The position numbers and the translations under genes were made by a program. Under the pieces are notes generated by a model. The model saw only the letters and a program-made list of their open reading frames with translations, had not been told where the DNA came from and did not search any database. DNA of 46,529 nucleotides, taken from positions 1-46,529 of IMG/VR virus record IMGVR_UViG_3300045988_058853; one strand, 5' to 3'. Shown here in pieces: positions 40,919 through 46,529 of this stretch (the stretch's first letter is position 1; every line of letters starts with the position of its first letter). This DNA is from a virus.

Positions 40919-41347
40919 CTACTTTTGTAATTTTAAACTATCCCTTTTGAGGACTTTTATTTTCTCTAAATTTTCTTGATAGATACGCATTCCCTTGCGG
41001 GTGTTAGCGTGTTCCCATTGATTGTGATGTTCAAAGCAAAGTATGTTGATATTTCGAGGATCATGCGCTAACATCGGGAATGCTCCTCGAGTGCAAATAT
41101 GCGAAATATAAACGGCTGAGTACCCTTTCAACGGCTTCAAGCATTCTTCGCAATAGTGAGGCTTAATCTCCCACATATACCGAAAAAACCGCTCGTTTGC
41201 CCTATGATCGTGACCGTCACCGAATAGACTTTTCAAATACTGATACCTTGCTTTAGGCTCTATGTCGAAATGTCGATTGAAAAGCAAGGGATTATATCCC
41301 CTACTTAAACAATACTCTATTTCTTCCGGACTACTCAACAGGTACAT
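40919..41347 (-). CDS. Putative HNH-family endonuclease
   Basis: CEEC...SHICTRGAFPMLAHDPRNINILCFEHHNQWEH (CxxC, H, N, CxxHH pattern). The long track ORF (to 41485) overlaps the upstream gene by 155 nt; the ATG at 41347 is preferred. Confidence 0.45.
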   Translation of the reverse strand: MYLLSSPEEIEYCLSRGYNPLLFNRHFDIEPKARYQYLKSLFGDGHDHRANERFFRYMWEIKPHYCEECLKPLKGYSAVYISHICTRGAFPMLAHDPRNINILCFEHHNQWEHANTRKGMRIYQENLEKIKVLKRDSLKLQK

Positions 41348-41978
41348 CGCTTTCAGTTTCTTCGTCAAAGAAAGAATCACCCTCTGTATCGTCATCAGCG
41401 TCTTTAATATCGTCCGCCTCCGCAATCTCACCGAACATTGAAAGTTGCGCACGCTTACCTTTAAACAGATAATCAAATATTTCATGCTTCATACCCTCTA
41501 AGTCAGTATTCATGTCAATTTCAAATTTAAGTATTTCACCCTCCAAATTGATTTTAGGAGTCTGCATTTTAAACAGCGACAAGTCTGTACCTGTAAACTC
41601 GTATTTGATAATTACCGTGTTCTTTTCTTCATCTCTCACAATCTCTCTAATCAGAATTCGAGTAGACTGTATTTCAAAGAAGTCTTGAAACTGCCTATCC
41701 AATTCCTTATCTTGTTTTGAAAGATCGGATAAGTAGGTGATGTTTGCAAAATTCATCAAACCCATAAGCCGGACGATATACCCTCTCAATTTCCAGGATT
41801 CGTTCTGCAAATCGGGGTGAGGATATTCCGGATTCTTCACTTTATGAAACGTCTTAACCGTTTCACCGTCAACATTCATACAATCATTGTAATCTACTTC
41901 CAAACCGTTGGGAATGAACTTTACTCTCTTTAATTCAAAATTGTCGTACAACATACTAATATTTGTTTTTAGGTTCAT
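41331..41978 (-). CDS. Hypothetical protein with an acidic C-terminus
   Basis: 215 aa ending ADDIKDADDDTEGDSFFDEETESDVPVE. Confidence 0.55.
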   Translation of the reverse strand: MNLKTNISMLYDNFELKRVKFIPNGLEVDYNDCMNVDGETVKTFHKVKNPEYPHPDLQNESWKLRGYIVRLMGLMNFANITYLSDLSKQDKELDRQFQDFFEIQSTRILIREIVRDEEKNTVIIKYEFTGTDLSLFKMQTPKINLEGEILKFEIDMNTDLEGMKHEIFDYLFKGKRAQLSMFGEIAEADDIKDADDDTEGDSFFDEETESDVPVE

Positions 41979-42126
41979 AATGCTCGCATACCCTTCCGAT
42001 ATTCGGGCAACTGCATAACTTTTGTTTTCTTTTGCTGCAATAGCATATCAGATTGTGGTAATCTGATCCAAATTGGCAATCTGTACAGTGAACGAGGACT
42101 AAATTTTTGTTATTCTTCTTCGCCAT
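41956..42126 (-). CDS. Small Cys-rich ORF (56 aa; below the track cutoff) filling the 130-nt gap
   Basis: Own translation: MAKKNNKNLVLVHCTDCQFGSDYHNLICYCSKRKQKLCSCPNIGRVCEHYEPKNKY. Overlaps both neighbours (17 and 23 nt). Confidence 0.45.
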   Translation of the reverse strand: MAKKNNKNLVLVHCTDCQFGSDYHNLICYCSKRKQKLCSCPNIGRVCEHYEPKNKY

Positions 42127-42436
42127 TCAAATAACGCTCCAACCGTTCATCAATCAATCGCTTGTATTCAACTGCCAACGGATCGTTAACCTCTAATTGG
42201 TTTTGAAATTTGCGGTGCGCTATCACTATTAAAGCCCTCGTCCTATCTAATAGCTCCGGCAAACCGTCTAAACGATAATCGTACAATTGATGGATAATAC
42301 AGTTTCGTCTAATTGAAATATCTCTCGTAATCTCCCGGCTTAAAATATCTTCCGGTGATACCGAAAGAGCCTCACACATCAAGTCGAATTTTTCTCTCAA
42401 TGTCATTTCGCAATCTTCTTCTCTAACTTCTTTCAT
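42110..42436 (-). CDS. Hypothetical protein
   Basis: ATG start; 4-nt overlap with the upstream gene. Confidence 0.55.
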   Translation of the reverse strand: MKEVREEDCEMTLREKFDLMCEALSVSPEDILSREITRDISIRRNCIIHQLYDYRLDGLPELLDRTRALIVIAHRKFQNQLEVNDPLAVEYKRLIDERLERYLNGEEE

Positions 42437-42873
42437 TTCTTTACGTATTTTGTTGCGTCCTCTATAAAAACTCCCAGTTCTTCGGCTGCAAACTGTTTTA
42501 AAAAATCAATATACTCTACAAACTCACTGTTTGATAAGTCGTTGATACTTACCGGGTCACTCCGATACTCACCCGTCTCAATATCCACAACCTCACCCAT
42601 TGTTACCGGACATAAGTTTCGCATATACAACTCTGTGTCTTTTTCGCTCCATCTATCACCATTGTCGTACATTCCTTTTTGAAACTGTGGTACTACCACT
42701 TTGTAGTAATATGCTTTCATGGCGACAGATTGCGAAGGCTCGTAAACGCTAAAACTTGCTATGATATTCTTTCCTTTGTGCAGTTTCGCAAACTCGTTTA
42801 GCTCACCCATGTACATTTGCAACTGTCCGTTACTTGTTACCTTCCCCGGTATTGTTATCCTGTTTTGCTTCAT
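42433..42873 (-). CDS. Hypothetical protein
   Basis: 146 aa, ATG start. Confidence 0.55.
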   Translation of the reverse strand: MKQNRITIPGKVTSNGQLQMYMGELNEFAKLHKGKNIIASFSVYEPSQSVAMKAYYYKVVVPQFQKGMYDNGDRWSEKDTELYMRNLCPVTMGEVVDIETGEYRSDPVSINDLSNSEFVEYIDFLKQFAAEELGVFIEDATKYVKK

Positions 42874-43177
42874 TTTGTTTCATTTTAGAAAATACCTTAG
42901 CAAATACACTACCACACAAAGAAGAAATAAAGCCACGCACAGCAGCAGGGAGATCGCTCTTTCTCAGCAGAATTTTTTCAAACTCTTCGATAATGTCCGA
43001 AACAGTCATATCGTCAATGCGATCTAACATAATCCGCTTCGTCAATCCTCCATTTCTCAGAATTTTGTTTTTAGCTCGTTCAACATCTGAACGCATAGTA
43101 CTAAGCTGATTTGTTAATTCACCTTTAAACTCCTGTGATTTAATTACATCTTCAACTGTCATTTCATTAGTATTCAT
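42830..43177 (-). CDS. Hypothetical protein, first gene after cassette E
   Basis: 115 aa, ATG start. Confidence 0.55.
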   Translation of the reverse strand: MNTNEMTVEDVIKSQEFKGELTNQLSTMRSDVERAKNKILRNGGLTKRIMLDRIDDMTVSDIIEEFEKILLRKSDLPAAVRGFISSLCGSVFAKVFSKMKQNEAKQDNNTGEGNK

Positions 43178-43260
43178 ACTTTAATAAGTTTTTAAATCGT
43201 TACTACTATGATTAAATTTGATATTGCAAATTAAAGCAAAACTTTAATTATACGCAAACA
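43178..43260 (-). promoter_or_regulatory. Promoter/leader cassette copy E (diverged)
   Basis: aatcgttactactatgattaaatttgatattgcaaattaaagcaaaactttaatta shares the gttactact, ttgcaaat and gcaaaactttaat blocks. Confidence 0.45.
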
Positions 43261-43312
43261 AAAACGGATAAATCTTTCCGAAATACCCGTTATTTAACTT
43301 TTGTTTAGAATA

Positions 43313-44005
43313 TCACTTGAATAAGTTTAATATAAAATCTCTTCCCTTTCCAGTCCAACGTCGATCATACGTTATTTTTCCACTATCTAAAACTATTTGC
43401 TTTGTGGAGGTATATTCGTTTTCTGCATACTTCGCATAAAGCAACCAAGTTCCGTTTTGCTTGAACTGTATTCCCATCTTTTCAAGTACCTTATTTAATT
43501 CTATTGCAGAACGAAAACCAAGCTCTTTTGAAATTTCAGTAGTCGTATATGTTTTGTTATTATGGATAAGTCTTTCTACATTTTCCTTTGCCTCCTTTGC
43601 TTCGATCTGGGCTTTTTGTTTTTCTCTGTATTCGTTTGCCCATGCAATAGCCGCCTCAGCCGGGTCTGAAAAATTAGGCAATACAATCGATTGTTCTTTC
43701 AGTATCTTTTCCATTTTGTTAAAAGCGTCTATATAATCTTCCTTAAATTTCATTGCAGTTTCACCAGTATAGCCCATAACTAAAAGAGTGAAACCATCTT
43801 TATTCATAACATACATAGGTAGTTCTCTATTCTGATCGCTACAATAAGAGGAGAGCACGAAATTGTGCTGTCTAAATTTGTTACTACATTTTAAATCTCG
43901 AATGTCTTGCAAAACTCTCTTATGATCCTTCCCGAACTTTTCGGCTACTAATAAGCTACTTGTTAAAACTTGATTTGATTCTCCTTTAAATACTAAATCT
44001 TTCAT
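43313..44005 (-). CDS. Rha-family phage regulatory protein (paralog 5 of 5, most canonical Rha N-domain)
   Basis: LTSSLLVAEKFGKDHKRVLQDIRDL...LPMYVMNKDGFTLLVMGYTGETAMKFKEDYIDAFNKME. Confidence 0.75.
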   Translation of the reverse strand: MKDLVFKGESNQVLTSSLLVAEKFGKDHKRVLQDIRDLKCSNKFRQHNFVLSSYCSDQNRELPMYVMNKDGFTLLVMGYTGETAMKFKEDYIDAFNKMEKILKEQSIVLPNFSDPAEAAIAWANEYREKQKAQIEAKEAKENVERLIHNNKTYTTTEISKELGFRSAIELNKVLEKMGIQFKQNGTWLLYAKYAENEYTSTKQIVLDSGKITYDRRWTGKGRDFILNLFK

Positions 44006-44026
44006 ATTCTTATTATTTTAAAATTA

Positions 44027-44071
44027 AATGCCTCGATCCGTGTGCCGCCAAACAACACGAACCGAGGCATT
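44027..44071 (-). other. Long, locally GC-rich imperfect hairpin (terminator or structured RNA element)
   Basis: Outer stem aatgcctcg (44027-44035) / cgaggcatt (44063-44071); inner stem cgtgt/acacg. Confidence 0.4.
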
Positions 44072-44171
44072 AACGCTATTAAGCAATATCTTTAAATTTA
44101 TTGGCGGACAAATTTTACACCGCAAATATACGTACTAAACCGAATATAGCAATAGGCGAATGGTTAATAAA

Positions 44172-44387
44172 TCAAAATAAACTTGTTTGCGTGTCCGTCA
44201 GCTTAGAAATTATATCATCTACTTTCTTTTCCTCGGCCTCTTTCTCTTCCCTGTACTTTTCACCGAATCGCTCAAACCTCTTTTGCTTCCCTCGCATCCT
44301 TATGACAGCTTGAATCAAAACATCGCTTATTTCGCTATTTACTTGACCGCTATTCAATTTTCCCTTCATCTCTGAGTAATCTATCAT
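44172..44387 (-). CDS. Hypothetical protein (71 aa)
   Basis: The track start is a TTG; the ATG is at 44387. K/E-rich. Confidence 0.45.
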   Translation of the reverse strand: MIDYSEMKGKLNSGQVNSEISDVLIQAVIRMRGKQKRFERFGEKYREEKEAEEKKVDDIISKLTDTQTSLF

Positions 44388-44940
44388 ATCCAATGGAATC
44401 GTTCGTTAAATCAAAGGAAAACACGCAATCTGAATTGTTGGCTAAATGCTCCGATATCCACTTAGGCTTGTTAGCTATCATCAGCTGAGTAAAGCGAAGT
44501 ATGCAAACCGCATCGCTATTCCACTTAAAGACGTTGCCAGTCGGGAAGGAATGTGTCGCAAACTGGAAATATTTCTCTTTTCTCAGCGACTTATCCTCTT
44601 TCGCCCCCTTCGCCCTCAGACCTAAACCTGTTTGCCACGTCATCGGAGTAACGAGCACTAAAGGTATTTCGAGGACTTTCGCACAGCATACAAGGTTGTT
44701 GTAGTTTTCAAGCATGGTAACTATGCGATATTGCTTGCCTCCTGTATCGTCGCCTCTAATTGAAAGTCTTTCAACAACAATCATCGGGCTACCGGAACGC
44801 TTAATCTTTTTGAATAGCCTGTATATATCCAAAGGGTCTTCCGGCATTTTAACCGTAACAAGCGGACTACCCGGTTTATAAATTGCTATCCCCCCGGCTG
44901 ATACACCGGGGTCAATTCCAACTAAAATATTAATTTCCAT
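44350..44940 (-). CDS. RuvC-like Holliday junction resolvase
   Basis: N-terminal ILVGIDPGVSAGGIAIY (catalytic Asp motif), VVERL, and the overall RNase-H-like spacing. Confidence 0.7.
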   Translation of the reverse strand: MEINILVGIDPGVSAGGIAIYKPGSPLVTVKMPEDPLDIYRLFKKIKRSGSPMIVVERLSIRGDDTGGKQYRIVTMLENYNNLVCCAKVLEIPLVLVTPMTWQTGLGLRAKGAKEDKSLRKEKYFQFATHSFPTGNVFKWNSDAVCILRFTQLMIANKPKWISEHLANNSDCVFSFDLTNDSIGYDRLLRDEGKIE

Positions 44941-44944
44941 GTTT

Positions 44945-45868
44945 TTAATGTTTATAGTAATACAAATCTTTTATGCTATCTTCCTCTATCAGCATTTCGT
45001 CCCAGTACCGGAATAACAAACGTTTCTTTGCTATCATTAAAGCCCGAAAATAAACGGCTTCATGTTCAATGCCAACAGTCGCTAAACATTCCTTTTCAAA
45101 CACTTGTGCAAAGCTATTTATCGGTCTTCCTTTAAATTGCGCTAAAGCTAACTTCTTATCCTCGTATGTCGGTATAGTATCCATGTCATACCCCAACCGT
45201 TCCATGTACTTGAATGTTGATTCGCTTATAAGCCGATCAGATTCCATCTTAAAACGCCCGCTATACTTGTATTTCATAATAGCGAAAATGAAGTTATTAG
45301 CCTGTACATTCAAAAACGCTCTTTCCTGCTCAGGTGTTACTTTCGGCTTATCCGGTAGCAGGGCGGTAGTCTTTGCCATCATATCCGCTTTACGCTTTCG
45401 GTATGCTTTCAATACCTTCGTTACGTAATCGACATTTAAGCTACCGTAGTGGTTTTTATCCGGATTCCCGTAGCGATCTTTAGGTAGGTAGTTATCAAGT
45501 TCACCGACAGCAAGCAATCGCCAAGCAAGCTTGACCTCAGCGAATGAAAGATCGTCAAAATACAAATCAATAACGTCAAAAATAGAAGAAAATACGCTTT
45601 TAACTGCACTACGTTCCGGTGCATTCAGACCAAAATCAGAACACACCCCTATAAATATAATGCCTAAATACTCTATTTTCTTTTCTTCGCTTTCTTCTTC
45701 GGAAATTAAACGTTTGGTAGATTCTACAAATATGCGCTGATCTACCTTAGAAAGCTGCTTTATTTTATTAGACTGTATTAATTCTCTATTTCTCTCTACG
45801 AATGACGGAAGTACGCCACTCGACAAAGCCACTTTTCCGCCTCTATTTTGATATTTCTCTATTTCCAT
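44945..45868 (-). CDS. Hypothetical replication-module protein
   Basis: 307 aa immediately downstream of the initiator-like gene. No Walker motif seen. Confidence 0.5.
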   Translation of the reverse strand: MEIEKYQNRGGKVALSSGVLPSFVERNRELIQSNKIKQLSKVDQRIFVESTKRLISEEESEEKKIEYLGIIFIGVCSDFGLNAPERSAVKSVFSSIFDVIDLYFDDLSFAEVKLAWRLLAVGELDNYLPKDRYGNPDKNHYGSLNVDYVTKVLKAYRKRKADMMAKTTALLPDKPKVTPEQERAFLNVQANNFIFAIMKYKYSGRFKMESDRLISESTFKYMERLGYDMDTIPTYEDKKLALAQFKGRPINSFAQVFEKECLATVGIEHEAVYFRALMIAKKRLLFRYWDEMLIEEDSIKDLYYYKH

Positions 45869-45927
45869 GTTAGATTACTCGTTTTTATTATGAAAGTCTT
45901 AAATTCGCAAAGCAAATGCCATTCTCG

Positions 45928-46529
45928 TTAATCAAACGTCTCTGTTAGGTATCTCTCGTATATTTCCCTATGCTCGTCATTAGCAAAATACTGCTTTGTC
46001 TTATACTGCTGAGAGTTGTTTTGCTGATATTGGTTAGTAGCTCCCGTTTTCTCTCTCAGCCATTGCAGATATTGTTTAGGAGTTGACTCGTACACCAGCG
46101 ATGCCCAACCTTTCGATATGCTTTGTTGAATAAGGCTTTTAGCAAATTCTTCTTCAAACTGCGCTATCTCGTTTAAGTTAGCTTGCATAGCTGTTAGAGT
46201 CTTTGTCTTTACACGCCATTTCGGTTGAGTCATTAGAACGTAGAATAAGCGTTTAAAGTCCTCGGACTCGAAAGGAAATGTTAGCTGAGTAAATAGACTA
46301 TCTGTCCTTTCGATTGTTTTCTTTGTTACGTCAAGTCCTTTAGCGGTGAATCCAAATACTTCAGATGGTAGAGGATCATTGTTTGATTCAACTTCGAATA
46401 AATCCGTTTCTTCGCGCGTGGCTATACTATAATTGACGTTAGTCAATTTAGTATTACTATCTGTATATATACTATCTGGTATAGTCTGTTCATTCATGCA
46501 ACTTGCATTTTGCATATTTTCAACTTGCA
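45928..46529 (-). CDS. C-terminal part of the junction-spanning replisome-organizer-like gene (joined to 422->56 via the 55-bp overlap)
   Basis: Track ORF 45928..46515 (MQNASCMNEQ...). The frame stays open to the window end and is continuous with minus-strand 1..422. Confidence 0.7.
   Translation of the reverse strand, partial: QVENMQNASCMNEQTIPDSIYTDSNTKLTNVNYSIATREETDLFEVESNNDPLPSEVFGFTAKGLDVTKKTIERTDSLFTQLTFPFESEDFKRLFYVLMTQPKWRVKTKTLTAMQANLNEIAQFEEEFAKSLIQQSISKGWASLVYESTPKQYLQWLREKTGATNQYQQNNSQQYKTKQYFANDEHREIYERYLTETFD
46475..46529. repeat. Terminal overlap, copy 2 (identical to 1..55)
   Basis: Exact 55-nt identity with the window start. Consistent with circular closure of an assembly or with terminal redundancy. 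Confidence 0.95.

Noticed and set aside
5269-43260. Whether the repeated ~100-bp cassettes could be a CRISPR array or MITE-like mobile elements
   Set aside because: The copies are kilobases apart, always in the same orientation directly upstream of a start codon, and contain promoter consensus elements. There are no regularly spaced short repeats, terminal inverted repeats or target-site duplications.
313-45740. About 60 plus-strand ORFs (60-230 aa) in the six-frame track
   Set aside because: Every one lies antisense to a longer, motif-bearing minus-strand gene. Their sequences are low-complexity or hydrophobic (L/F/S/I-rich), as expected for shadow frames in AT-rich DNA. Many start at TTG or GTG, and none has a promoter box or a recognisable motif.

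Overview
The window is a complete, circularly closed (or terminally redundant) genome of an AT-rich tailed dsDNA phage. Bases 1-55 are identical to 46475-46529, leaving 46,474 unique bp, and one gene runs across that junction. All credible genes (about 70) lie on the minus strand; the plus-strand ORFs in the track look like shadow ORFs.

Gene order in the direction of transcription (high to low coordinates):
- Early/replication block, 46.5->36.8 kb: replisome-organizer-like initiator with internal iteron-like repeats, RuvC-like resolvase, Rha regulators, HNH-like nuclease, SSB, MazG-like NTPase, DUF3310-like protein.
- Late block, 36.6->10.1 kb: TerS, TerL, a 213-aa possible tail-tube protein, portal, scaffold, major capsid, neck genes, then an inserted accessory island at 26.7->23.5 kb, chaperone-position genes, a 1047-aa tape measure, a 727-aa baseplate-position protein, a 1683-aa tail fiber, holin, M15 endolysin and a spanin-like protein.
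- Second early block, 9.7->0.46 kb, contiguous with the first block across the junction: Rha/KilAC antirepressors, lipoprotein, DUF1351-like protein, ThyA, XRE regulator, Erf annealase, PD-(D/E)XK exonuclease, PAPS-reductase-like Fe-S PP-loop enzyme.

I saw no integrase, CI-type repressor, DNA polymerase, helicase, primase, tRNA, CRISPR array or reverse transcriptase. Many genes are preceded by TAnnTTTG boxes, the Bacteroides-type -7 promoter element. A phage lipoprotein also carries a Bacteroidota-style acidic surface-export signal. Together these point to a Bacteroidota (Bacteroides-like) host, and the long tape measure with no sheath gene points to a siphovirus morphology.

Most interesting observations:
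1. A six-copy terminator/promoter/leader cassette family.
2. An accessory island with an early-type promoter splitting the head and tail modules, containing three tandem paralogs of an unrecognised Cys4 mini-domain.
3. Five mosaic Rha/KilAC antirepressor paralogs that share identical nucleotide tracts.
4. A PAPS-reductase-like enzyme with Fe-S ligands but without the sulfonucleotide-reductase catalytic motif.
5. Iteron-like repeats inside the junction-spanning initiator gene.

All functional calls rest on motif recognition by eye. No database search was run.
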